From positions 27,104 to 80,715 of the forward strand of contig CAYJNU010000001.1 in the NCBI GenBank assembly GCA_964371005.1: 53,612 nt of DNA. The letters run 5' to 3'. This document shows positions 42,387 to 50,817 of the stretch, one piece after another. The position numbers were made by a program, and so were the translations under genes. The notes below the pieces were generated by a model that worked only from the letters and a program-made list of their open reading frames with translations, was not told the origin of the DNA and did no database searches. The stretch is from an uncultured Verrucomicrobiota bacterium (GTDB taxonomy: Bacteria > Verrucomicrobiota > Verrucomicrobiia > Limisphaerales > MWDV01). The first letter of the stretch is position 1, and every line of letters begins with the position of its first letter.

Positions 42387-43139
42387 GTGAGTTGGCAAGC
42401 AATTCAACCTCGCGCCCCCATTGCCGCGGCCCGCCGTTTCGTGTTTGAACGGGATACGTTCGCCTTTGCCAACGAGCTGATCTGGGAGTATCGCTTCGAC
42501 CCGATCACCGGCAAGGCCACGACGCTGTGGAACAAACCGCCGCCCAACTACGCTCATCGCTGCTTCGTGCTGACCCGCTCCGCCCGGCAATTCCTTTACC
42601 ACGCGCGTTTCGATGCCGCACTACCGGTGACGGATGGAGAAACCTATTGCCGGCTCATACGCACCGTGGTGTCGCGGGATCCCCGGCGTCCCGGCACGCC
42701 CGAGAACCGCGCGGTCGTTCCCGGCTACGAGGGATTGCGCGCGTTCAGCCTCGCGCACGAGCCGCTCCTGAAGACCCACTGTGGCGGCGCGTGGCAATCA
42801 TATTTCCTGCGCAGCCATTGGCGGATCGTGTTGCCCATGACGCGCGCGCACCAGGCAAAGATGGCGCAGCAGCTCGTGGATTCCTTTGCGCCGCGGCTCG
42901 CGCCCATCGCCCACCTCGTCCGCTTCCCACAACTCACCATCAACCACGGCATCGTGCTGACGGACCATGCGGAAACGCCGGCGGGCATTCGTTTCTCGGC
43001 GTACGATCCAAACGTCCCAGCCCAGCCAGCCGAGCTTTTCTTCGACCGCGAACAGCGCACGTTTCATTTTCCCCGGAACCATTACTGGCCGGGCGGACGC
43101 GTGGATGTGATCGAGGCGTATCGCGGCGGACTCTACTGA
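42387..43139 (+). CDS. Conserved-looking hypothetical protein (no family recognised)
   Basis: The ORF is open from 42177 but overlaps the divergent ligase gene there. In-frame GTGs at 42387 and 42441 are candidate starts. The composition is globular ('FVFERDTFAFANELIWEYRFDPITGKATTLWNKPPPNYAHRCFVLTRSARQFLYHARFD'). Confidence 0.45.
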   Translation: MSWQAIQPRAPIAAARRFVFERDTFAFANELIWEYRFDPITGKATTLWNKPPPNYAHRCFVLTRSARQFLYHARFDAALPVTDGETYCRLIRTVVSRDPRRPGTPENRAVVPGYEGLRAFSLAHEPLLKTHCGGAWQSYFLRSHWRIVLPMTRAHQAKMAQQLVDSFAPRLAPIAHLVRFPQLTINHGIVLTDHAETPAGIRFSAYDPNVPAQPAELFFDREQRTFHFPRNHYWPGGRVDVIEAYRGGLY

Positions 43140-43564
43140 ACTCGCGTTTTGTTGCGCCCCGCCGGCCGGAACGCCAGGCCGAAGAATACCAATCCACAAA
43201 CGTTGATACCCGCAATGTACCCCAGCTTGTAGGCGCGGCCCGAATTGGTCGGAGCATAGATCGGGACATCTTTTCCCATGAGGAGACTCGGCAGCGCCAC
43301 CGGCATCAACGCGCCATGAGTCGTGCCCAACCAGAATCCCGCCGTGTTCTCGGTGCGATACAGGCGCGGGGCTGCCCACGCGTAAACCCAGCCCAAGAGC
43401 AAGCCCACAACGACCAGAGTTGCCGCCTTCTGAAGCAGCCGCTGGACGCATCCACGTCGCCTGGCTTGGGCGGCGCCAGGCTCGGCGCCCGCGGCTTTGG
43501 GCGAACGTTCGCTTGCTGGTTGGTTCACGCGCCGAAGTCTAGCGAGCCACGGTTGCGATGCCAT
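43133..43564 (-). CDS. Small integral membrane protein (about 3 TM helices), unknown function
   Basis: The C-terminal 100 aa of ORF 43133..43891 contain hydrophobic spans 'ATLVVVGLLLGWVYAWAA', 'FWLGTTHGALMPVALPSLLM' and 'LGYIAGINVCGLVFFGLAF'. ATG 43564 was chosen; the start is uncertain. Confidence 0.4.
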   Translation of the reverse strand: MASQPWLARLRRVNQPASERSPKAAGAEPGAAQARRRGCVQRLLQKAATLVVVGLLLGWVYAWAAPRLYRTENTAGFWLGTTHGALMPVALPSLLMGKDVPIYAPTNSGRAYKLGYIAGINVCGLVFFGLAFRPAGRNKTRVQ

Positions 43565-43615
43565 TCCCGAATTGCGGTTGCTTGACGAGGTCGGCTTGGT
43601 AGGCTGTGGTTCAAC

Positions 43616-44644
43616 ATGCTTCACACGCCGACTGCGAGCGAACTTACCGCCCGGGACGGAGTCCAGGAGCGCCTCCACGAACGGGCGCGGGCCGCAGTCC
43701 ACTCCCGGTTTGGCCGGCAGGTGTTTGTCCGGGCCGTGGTCGAGGTTTCCAACTTCTGTCGGGAAAACTGCCATTACTGCGGCATGCGCCGCGACAACCG
43801 CGCCCTGCACCGGACACGCATCGCGAGGGATGAACTGTTGGAGCTGCTGGTGAATCATCGCCCTGCCGCCGTCACCGACATCATGCTTCAAGCCGGCGAA
43901 GACCCAGTGGCGGCGCGCGAAATCGTGCTTCCACTGGTGCAGGCCTTGCGCCGGGAAACGCCCTGCGGCATCAGCGCCTGCCTGGGCACGCTGGACAGGG
44001 CGTTGTGTTCAGATTTGAATGCCGCCGGGGCATCGGTTTGCGTGCTCAAGTTCGAAACCTCCGATCCCCGAATCTACGAACAATGCGAAGCCCCGGGCAC
44101 GCTGCACCAACGATTGGAGCATCTCCACTGGCTCGCGGCGAACGGTTGGTGGGTCAGTTCGGGATTCATCGTCGGGCTGCCCCGGCAAACGGTGGAATCG
44201 TGGCTCGCGGATTGTCAGCTCGCGTCGCGCCTGCCGGTGACGGGGTGCAGCGCCAGCCCGTTTGTGCCGGGCGAAGCCACTCCATTGGCGAATGCCCTGC
44301 CCGGGGACGTGGAGACCACCTTGAACTGCATGGCCGTGATGCGCCTGCTGCGGCCGGGCTGGATCATCCCTGCGGTCAGCGCGCTCAATATCGGCCAGCC
44401 GGGCAGCGGCTATCGACGCGGCCTGCGCGCGGGCGCGAACCTCGTCACCATCAACCTCACGCCGCGTGACCTGCAACGCGAATACCTCATCTACAAACGC
44501 GACCGCTTCATCATGAACGAGGAGCGCGTCATGACCGCGCTGGAGACCGAGGGATTGACACCGTCGCCCCAGAGCTTGACTGGCTTTTTCGGCAACCGCG
44601 CGGCGCAGGCCACCGGATCAACCATCGCGCAGGCGGCCACCTGA
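43616..44644 (+). CDS. Radical SAM protein, BioB/HydE/ThiH-like
   Basis: 'VEVSNFCRENCHYCGMRRDN' (CX3CX2C at C48/C52/C55). It is 342 aa with TIM-barrel-like periodicity as in BioB-type enzymes. Confidence 0.8.
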   Translation: MLHTPTASELTARDGVQERLHERARAAVHSRFGRQVFVRAVVEVSNFCRENCHYCGMRRDNRALHRTRIARDELLELLVNHRPAAVTDIMLQAGEDPVAAREIVLPLVQALRRETPCGISACLGTLDRALCSDLNAAGASVCVLKFETSDPRIYEQCEAPGTLHQRLEHLHWLAANGWWVSSGFIVGLPRQTVESWLADCQLASRLPVTGCSASPFVPGEATPLANALPGDVETTLNCMAVMRLLRPGWIIPAVSALNIGQPGSGYRRGLRAGANLVTINLTPRDLQREYLIYKRDRFIMNEERVMTALETEGLTPSPQSLTGFFGNRAAQATGSTIAQAAT

Positions 44645-44650
44645 GTTCAC

Positions 44651-46060
44651 ATGGCCAGCCGCGTCCTTCTCGTCAGCCCGAACCGATGTGTCACACCGGA
44701 CCCCGTGTTTCCGCTGGGGCTCGCCCATGTGAACGCGGCGTTGCGGACAGCGGGCCACGAAACGCGTTGGCTGGATGCGCTGGTCAACGGCGAGACGCTT
44801 GAAAGCGCATTGGCTGAATTCCAACCACACTTCGTCGGCGTATCGCTGCGCAACATTGACGACGTTTTGATCCTGAAAAAGGAGACGTATTTCGATGAAC
44901 TCGCGCGCATCACGGAAACGGTGCGGCGTGTGCGTCCCTGCCCGGTGATTCTCGGCGGGAGCGGTTTCTCGGTGATGCCGGAGCGGTTGCTGACTGCCAG
45001 CGGGGCCGACTTCGGAATTCATGGTGAAGGCGAATCTGGCTTGGTTGCGCTGCTGGCGGCGTTGGAACAAGGCACTGATCCGACGGGATTGAAGGGCCTG
45101 GTGTTTCGCCGTAATGGGAGCGTGATGGCGAACCCACCTCAGCCCGCGCCGGTCACGCAGCCGCTGGCGGAGGCGGATCGCCCCGCGGCGCTTGTCGAAC
45201 ATTACGTGCGTACCAGCGGCATGTTGAACCTCCAGACCCAGCGGGGTTGCGCCCACACCTGTTGCTATTGCACCTACCCGCTCATTGAGGGTCGCCGTCA
45301 CCGCCGTCGCCCGCCGGAGTTGATCGCTGAGGAAATGGTCCAACTCAAAGAGCGCGGGGTGAACTACGTGTTCATCGTGGATTCGATATTCAACTCGTCG
45401 CCGGCGCACGTTGCGGAAACATGCGATGCCCTCCTGCGACGGGGAGTGGCCATGCGCTGGGGATGCTTCCTGCGCCCCGCCGGCCTGACCGCCGAACTGA
45501 TGAAGCTCATGGCCCGTGCGGGGCTGGCGCATGCGGAGTTCGGCTCGGATAGTCTTTGCGATCCTGTGCTGGAAGCCTACGGGAAACGCTTCTGCTTCGA
45601 CGAGGTGGCCCAGAGTTCGGAATTCGCACGTGAAGCCGGGGTGGATGCGTGTCACTTCCTGATCTGCGGCGGACCGGGGGAAACCGAAGCGACGTTGGAG
45701 ACCTCGTTTCAGAATTCGCTGCGACTGCCGAACCCGATCATCATGGCGGTCGTCGGCATGCGGATTTATCCGGGCACCGAACTCCAAAAACGGGCGATGG
45801 CTGAAGAGGTCATCACGCCAGATACAGACCTGCTGCCACCCGTGTATTATCTCGCGCCGGGTTTGACGGAGGAAGGTGTATTCGCACGCCTGCGCGAGTT
45901 TGCCAAACGCAGCGCGGGCTGGATTCCCGGCGATCCCGGCCCGTCGTACGCGAGCCTGGTGCAGCGCCTCCGGCGCCGCGGCGTGGCCGGGCCGTTGTGG
46001 AGCTACTTCGCCATGCTGCAACGCATCATGCCACCGGCGCCGCAGTCCACCGCTGCATGA
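44651..46060 (+). CDS. B12-binding-domain radical SAM protein (class B), lipid-biosynthesis-associated type
   Basis: N-terminal Rossmann-like B12 domain 'RVLLVSPNRCVTPDPVFPLGLAHVNAALRTAGHE...FVGVSLRNIDD...ILGGSGFS'. Radical SAM motif 'QRGCAHTCCYC'. Confidence 0.85.
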   Translation: MASRVLLVSPNRCVTPDPVFPLGLAHVNAALRTAGHETRWLDALVNGETLESALAEFQPHFVGVSLRNIDDVLILKKETYFDELARITETVRRVRPCPVILGGSGFSVMPERLLTASGADFGIHGEGESGLVALLAALEQGTDPTGLKGLVFRRNGSVMANPPQPAPVTQPLAEADRPAALVEHYVRTSGMLNLQTQRGCAHTCCYCTYPLIEGRRHRRRPPELIAEEMVQLKERGVNYVFIVDSIFNSSPAHVAETCDALLRRGVAMRWGCFLRPAGLTAELMKLMARAGLAHAEFGSDSLCDPVLEAYGKRFCFDEVAQSSEFAREAGVDACHFLICGGPGETEATLETSFQNSLRLPNPIIMAVVGMRIYPGTELQKRAMAEEVITPDTDLLPPVYYLAPGLTEEGVFARLREFAKRSAGWIPGDPGPSYASLVQRLRRRGVAGPLWSYFAMLQRIMPPAPQSTAA

Positions 46061-47442
46061 AACGCCTCCTCCTTATCTCGCCCGTCGCGTCGCGCAGCCT
46101 CATGGGCGGGGACTTCTTCTTCCGCATGCCGTGTCTGGCGTTACTGAAAGTCGCCGCGCTCACACCGCCGGGTTGGGAGGTGCGGGTGGTGGATGAGAAG
46201 GTCGAAACGCTCGACCTCGAACAAAGCTCGGATGTGGTTGGCATCACGGCGGTGACTCCCACCGCGCCGCGTGCTTACGTCATCGCTGATCATTTCCGGA
46301 AGCGCGGCTGCCGTGTGGTTATGGGGGGCATGCATGCGTCGGTTTTGCCAGAGGAAGCGCTCAAGCACTGTGATGCAGTGGTCATTGGCGAGGCGGAACA
46401 TCTCTGGCCGCGCGCGCTCAAGGATTTCGAGCAAGGCACGTTGCAGCCAGTCTATCGCCACGAAGATGGGTTGCCTGCGCTGGATGGTTTGCCCCGACCC
46501 AACTGGGAGCTGTTTCGAGAAAAGCGTTACCTGCCCGTGCATTTCGTCGAAACCACGCGCGGCTGTCCGCTCGACTGCGAATTCTGTGCAGTGACCAGTT
46601 CCTTTGGTGGTCGCTATCGCAACCGCCCGCTCGACGAAGTGTTGGCCGAGTTGCACGGTCTCAAGCCGTTCGACGGCCTGCTGACACTGAAGAACTGCGT
46701 GTTCTTCGTGGACGACAACATTTTCAGCAACCGCGCCTACGCCCGGGAATTGTTCACGCGCATCGCCGACCTGAAGCTAATCTGGTTCGGTCAGGCCTCC
46801 GTGAACATTGCGAATGATGACGAAATCCTGCGACTCGCCCGGCGTAGCGGCTGCACCGGCCTGTTCATGGGGCTGGAGTCGCTTTCCGAGCAGACCCTCC
46901 GCGCCGCGGGCAAACGGGTGAACCATCCGGAACACTATCTCGACGTGATTCGCAAGTTGCACGACCATGGCATTGGCGTGGACGCCTCGTTCGTGTTTGG
47001 CTTCGACACGGACGATTTGGGCGTCTTTGACCGCACGCTGGAGTTTGCGATCCGGGCAAAGGTGGAGGTTGCCTACTTCTCGATCCTTACGCCGTATCCC
47101 GGCACGCGCGTCCACAATCGGCTGCGCGAGGAAGGCCGGCTGTTCAGCACCGACTGGTCGCTCTACGACAGCAGCCGCGTGGTTTATCGCCCCAAGACCA
47201 TGACGCCGGACCAATTGCTCGATGGCTATCATCGCACGCTGAAGAGCTTCTACTCGGTGTCCTCGGTCTGCCGGCGATTATGGGGAGCAAGCTCGCGGAA
47301 GAACTTCTTTTATCCGATGAACTTCGGTTTCCGCCAGAGTGTGAAGCGGCTTTCGCAGACCTACCACGCCGGCGGATTGCGCGTCGAACCGCAAGCGGAA
47401 CTCGTGAATCATGTTGTTCCCTCCACCGAAACCTCCTGCTGA
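46057..47442 (+). CDS. B12-binding-domain radical SAM protein (class B, with a DUF4070-like C-terminus)
   Basis: ATGA overlap with the upstream gene. 'LLLISPV...PCLALLKVAALTPPGWEVRVVDE...VVGITAVTPTAPRAY...VVMGGMHAS' is the B12 domain. 'TRGCPLDCEFC' is the radical SAM motif. Confidence 0.85.
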   Translation: MKRLLLISPVASRSLMGGDFFFRMPCLALLKVAALTPPGWEVRVVDEKVETLDLEQSSDVVGITAVTPTAPRAYVIADHFRKRGCRVVMGGMHASVLPEEALKHCDAVVIGEAEHLWPRALKDFEQGTLQPVYRHEDGLPALDGLPRPNWELFREKRYLPVHFVETTRGCPLDCEFCAVTSSFGGRYRNRPLDEVLAELHGLKPFDGLLTLKNCVFFVDDNIFSNRAYARELFTRIADLKLIWFGQASVNIANDDEILRLARRSGCTGLFMGLESLSEQTLRAAGKRVNHPEHYLDVIRKLHDHGIGVDASFVFGFDTDDLGVFDRTLEFAIRAKVEVAYFSILTPYPGTRVHNRLREEGRLFSTDWSLYDSSRVVYRPKTMTPDQLLDGYHRTLKSFYSVSSVCRRLWGASSRKNFFYPMNFGFRQSVKRLSQTYHAGGLRVEPQAELVNHVVPSTETSC

Positions 47443-48652
47443 ACCGCCGCGGGTCGTTGTCACCGGCGCGGGTATCGTCACCGCGCTCGGGATGGGCTGG
47501 CAGGTCAACGCGGAAGGCTTCCGCGTTGGGCGAACCGCCTTCCGCCCGGTCACGCTGTTCGACGTTTCGCGGCAACGCGTGAAACTGGCGGCGGAAGTGG
47601 ATCTACCCCAAACCCTGCCGGCGACGTTACTGCCTGAGAAGGAAACTCGCCGCCTCGACCGCGCCGGACGATTGCTGCTTCTAGCCGCTCGCGAGGCTTG
47701 GCAACAAGCGGGCTGGACACCGGACGAAACGCTGCCTGTGGTGATGGGGACCACCAGTGGCGGCATGAACTCAGGCGAGCAGTACTACCGCAAAGCAATT
47801 GCATCGACATCGGCGAAGCGTGGTCAGCCAACGCTTGCGTTGCATTATCAGGCACAAACCCAAGCCCGGTTGGTGGCTGAAGCCTTGGGCGCGGGCGGAC
47901 CGATTCAACTCGTGGCCAACGCCTGTGCTTCGGGCGCGAATGCCATCGGCTGCGCCTGGGAGTTACTCCGGCGCGGACGTGCAACGCGTGTGCTCACCGG
48001 CGGCTACGATGCACTGAGCTTGCTTACGTTCTCCGGCTTCGACGCGTTGCAGGCGCTCTCGACCACATCCTGCCGACCATTCGACGCAAAGCGAGACGGA
48101 CTGGCATTGGGCGAAGGAGCGGGTGTGCTCACATTGGAGACGCTGGACTCGGCTCGTCAGCGCAACGCGGTCATTCTGGGTGAAATCACCGGCTATGGCG
48201 CGGGCATTGACCTGCACCACCTCACCCAACCGCATCCCCAAGGCGACGCCGCGCTGGAAACCATGCGCCTCGCTTGCGCCAGCGCCGGGGTTTCTCCGGC
48301 CGAGGTGGATTACGTCAACGCGCACGGCACCGGGACGCCGTTGAACGACACCGCGGAAGCCATCGCCCTCGCACGCTGGGCCGGCGAATGCGCCTCCACG
48401 CTGCCGGTCAGCTCCACCAAGGCCAGCATCGGCCATCTCCTCGGGGCAGCGGGCGCGGTCGAAGCCGTCGTCAGCTTAATGGCGCTCCGCGGACAATGGC
48501 TGCCACCCGAGCGCGTGGTGGAAACCCCAGATCCAGCGTGCCGCTTCCCGCTAGTGCTCGAACCAATGGAACGGCGCGTGAACGTGGTGCTGTCGAACTC
48601 GTTTGGCTTTGGCGGGGCGAACGCCAGCCTGATTTTGCGGAGGTTCGCATGA
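47411..48652 (+). CDS. Beta-ketoacyl-ACP synthase (FabF/KS-alpha type)
   Basis: 'RVVVTGAGIVTALG', 'ANACASGANAIG' (active Cys), 'NAHGTGTPLNDTAE' and 'GHLLGAAG' (His/His), and 'SNSFGFGGANASL'. Confidence 0.9.
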   Translation: MLFPPPKPPAEPPRVVVTGAGIVTALGMGWQVNAEGFRVGRTAFRPVTLFDVSRQRVKLAAEVDLPQTLPATLLPEKETRRLDRAGRLLLLAAREAWQQAGWTPDETLPVVMGTTSGGMNSGEQYYRKAIASTSAKRGQPTLALHYQAQTQARLVAEALGAGGPIQLVANACASGANAIGCAWELLRRGRATRVLTGGYDALSLLTFSGFDALQALSTTSCRPFDAKRDGLALGEGAGVLTLETLDSARQRNAVILGEITGYGAGIDLHHLTQPHPQGDAALETMRLACASAGVSPAEVDYVNAHGTGTPLNDTAEAIALARWAGECASTLPVSSTKASIGHLLGAAGAVEAVVSLMALRGQWLPPERVVETPDPACRFPLVLEPMERRVNVVLSNSFGFGGANASLILRRFA

Positions 48653-49674
48653 CGCGCATCGGCCTCAGCGGCTGGGGCGCGGTTTCGCCGGCGGGCTGGG
48701 GCGTGCCCGCAATGCGCGCCGCGTTGGAGCACGGCGCGCCCATCCCCGCTCAGCCAATGACGCGCCCCGACGGTTCGGTCCTGTGGGTTCGGAACGTGCC
48801 ACCTCCGTCGCCAGCGCGCCCAGCTTTCCTCGCGCATCCTCGACTGCGGCGCACGAGCGTGATCACTCATGCCTGTGCGGCCGCAACGCTGGAGGCTTTG
48901 GAGCCAATCAGGGCAACGGGCGGCAACCGCGAGAACCGGCTGGGGTTGATCGTCTGTCTGCTGGCAGGTTGCACACAATACACCGAACGCTTCTACAAAG
49001 AAGTGCTGCAAGATCCGGCCACCGCCGGCCCACTCATCTTTCCGGAAACCGTGTTCAACGCTCCCGCCAGCCACCTTGCGGTGCTGTTGGGCGGCGTGAC
49101 CGCTTGTTACACGTTGCTGGGGGATCCGGCGTCGTTTCTCACCGGAGTGGCGCTCGCCGCAGATTGGCTGCTTGAAGGAAGGGTGGACTCCTGCGTCGTG
49201 CTCGGCGCCGAGGAGCCACACTGGTTGCTGGCCGACGCGTTGCGGCACTTCGATCCACAGGCTGTGCTCGGCGGTGGCGCCGGCGCGCTCTGCCTTACGC
49301 GGCAAGAGGAGGCGCAAGCTCCCGTCGAGTTGGATTTGATCACGGACGCTTTTCTCTACTCTCACACCCGAACCCGCTCCGCCGCTGCTGCACAGATGCG
49401 GTACGCCTTGCCGCCGGCTGCTCCCGGCGAGCTGCTTTGCGACGGTTTGCAGGGGGCACCGCATTCTGACCGGGCCGAGACTGCGGCTTGGCGTACCTGG
49501 CCCGGCTCGCGGATCAGCCCCAAGATGGTGCTCGGCGAAGGGCTGATGGCCGCCGCCGCCTGGCAGTGCGTTATTGCTTGCGACACTCTGGCCATGGGCC
49601 GCCACCCTGCAGGACAAGTCAGCCTGGTGGGCGTCAATCAGCAGGCGGTAGGTGCGCGATTTCAGGGCGCCTAA
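48649..49674 (+). CDS. KS-like chain length factor (no active-site Cys or His pair)
   Basis: ATGA overlap with the KS stop. It has KS-fold-like blocks ('RIGLSGWGAVSPAG', 'VVLGAEE'), but 'TLLGDPASFLTG' replaces the Cys block. The internal ATG 48649 of ORF 48274..49674 was chosen. Confidence 0.7.
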   Translation: MTRIGLSGWGAVSPAGWGVPAMRAALEHGAPIPAQPMTRPDGSVLWVRNVPPPSPARPAFLAHPRLRRTSVITHACAAATLEALEPIRATGGNRENRLGLIVCLLAGCTQYTERFYKEVLQDPATAGPLIFPETVFNAPASHLAVLLGGVTACYTLLGDPASFLTGVALAADWLLEGRVDSCVVLGAEEPHWLLADALRHFDPQAVLGGGAGALCLTRQEEAQAPVELDLITDAFLYSHTRTRSAAAAQMRYALPPAAPGELLCDGLQGAPHSDRAETAAWRTWPGSRISPKMVLGEGLMAAAAWQCVIACDTLAMGRHPAGQVSLVGVNQQAVGARFQGA

Positions 49675-49974
49675 CTCGCGGCTGTTTTCTCGTCCTCGCG
49701 GGCACTGCCACTCGATCCCCCCCGTCTCTGTCCCTCCTGTTTCCAGGTGTCTTTCCAGTTCTGAGCTTTGGTCTCGGGCTGTTTGCCCTCCCGCTCGGCC
49801 CCGCTTCTACCGAAGAACGCATTCCTCTCTGAGGGGGGCGTCGGGCAACTGACGTCCCTACTTCGACAGGCCGCCCTTGGCGTGGCATTGATCGGTGGCG
49901 GCCGGGGGCATCTTTCCACCGTGTCGGTTGCGAGGTCGCTTTACTCTCGGGCAATCCGGATCATGGTGGTTCGT

Positions 49975-50817
49975 TCAGAGCAGCGCGTGTAGTTGGAAGA
50001 ACTTCACGATGATAGCCGGGGCGGCCGGCGGGTATTGGTGTGTGCCAGGATGGATGAACGTCACCACGGGGGCAACGAGTTTCGACGGGTAGAGAGTGCA
50101 GCCAGCTTGGCTTTCCCAGGGGTGGCCTTCTCCGCACTGGTTGAGCCGGCGCAGGGCGGTGATCATCTGTTGTTGCCACGCGAATTTGACCAGTGCGTCA
50201 TTCTCGCCGGCCACGTGCAGCACAGGTTTTGGGATGTAGTCTCGATTCCGCACCCCGACCTTCTCAGTGTTCGAGGAGGAGGGAAGAACCAACGCGCGCC
50301 CCACAGCGGCAGAGGAGGCAAACGCGGCAAACCGGTCGCCCCGCTCTGCCCAGAGCAGGTAGGTGAACCCGCCGCCGTTGGAGTGGCCGGTGGCATAGAC
50401 GCGTTTGGCATCAACCCGGTAGTCCTGTTGGAGGCGGGCGAGCACGGTGTCGAAGAATTTCAGATCGCGGTCGCCATGGTCGCCGGCGGCGTGCTGCCAG
50501 CCGGGCCTCTTGCCTTCCGGGTCGGTGAGACGACCCGGCGTGTTGAGGCCCTGCATGTAAACCACGATCGCCTCCGGCCACCGGGTGTGAAAGCCAAACA
50601 TGCGGGCCGCGTTCTGCATCGAGCCGCCATGCCCGTGAAAAGCAAAGACAACGGGCGAGGGGTTGGTGTGGGCTTGCGACGGCGCATGCACAAGCGCCTC
50701 GCGGACACAACCATCTACCGTCCAATGCCGGTGTGCCAGTGAGTCAGCGGCATGGGTTGGGCTGACGGACAAGAGTGCGGCCAAACAAAGGATGAGGCAG
50801 CCGAGATGCGCCCTCAC
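49975..50817 (-). CDS. Secreted alpha/beta-hydrolase esterase (PHB depolymerase/LpqC/feruloyl-esterase-like family)
   Basis: 'VVFAFHGHGGS' and 'ATGHSNGGGFTYLL' (GxSxG nucleophile elbow). GTG 50817 gives the signal peptide 'RAHLGCLILCLAALLSVSPTHA'. The ORF is open to 50904. Confidence 0.75.
   Translation of the reverse strand: MRAHLGCLILCLAALLSVSPTHAADSLAHRHWTVDGCVREALVHAPSQAHTNPSPVVFAFHGHGGSMQNAARMFGFHTRWPEAIVVYMQGLNTPGRLTDPEGKRPGWQHAAGDHGDRDLKFFDTVLARLQQDYRVDAKRVYATGHSNGGGFTYLLWAERGDRFAAFASSAAVGRALVLPSSSNTEKVGVRNRDYIPKPVLHVAGENDALVKFAWQQQMITALRRLNQCGEGHPWESQAGCTLYPSKLVAPVVTFIHPGTHQYPPAAPAIIVKFFQLHALL

Noticed and set aside
43616-49674. Calling the radical SAM + KS/CLF operon a ladderane lipid cluster
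   Set aside because: Only the general theme (FAS-II-like genes plus radical SAM genes in a PVC-like genome) is shared. No anammox hallmark genes are present, and the cluster is aryl-primed (ammonia-lyase plus ligase). Ladderane biosynthesis genes themselves are unproven. The point is kept only as an analogy in the finding.
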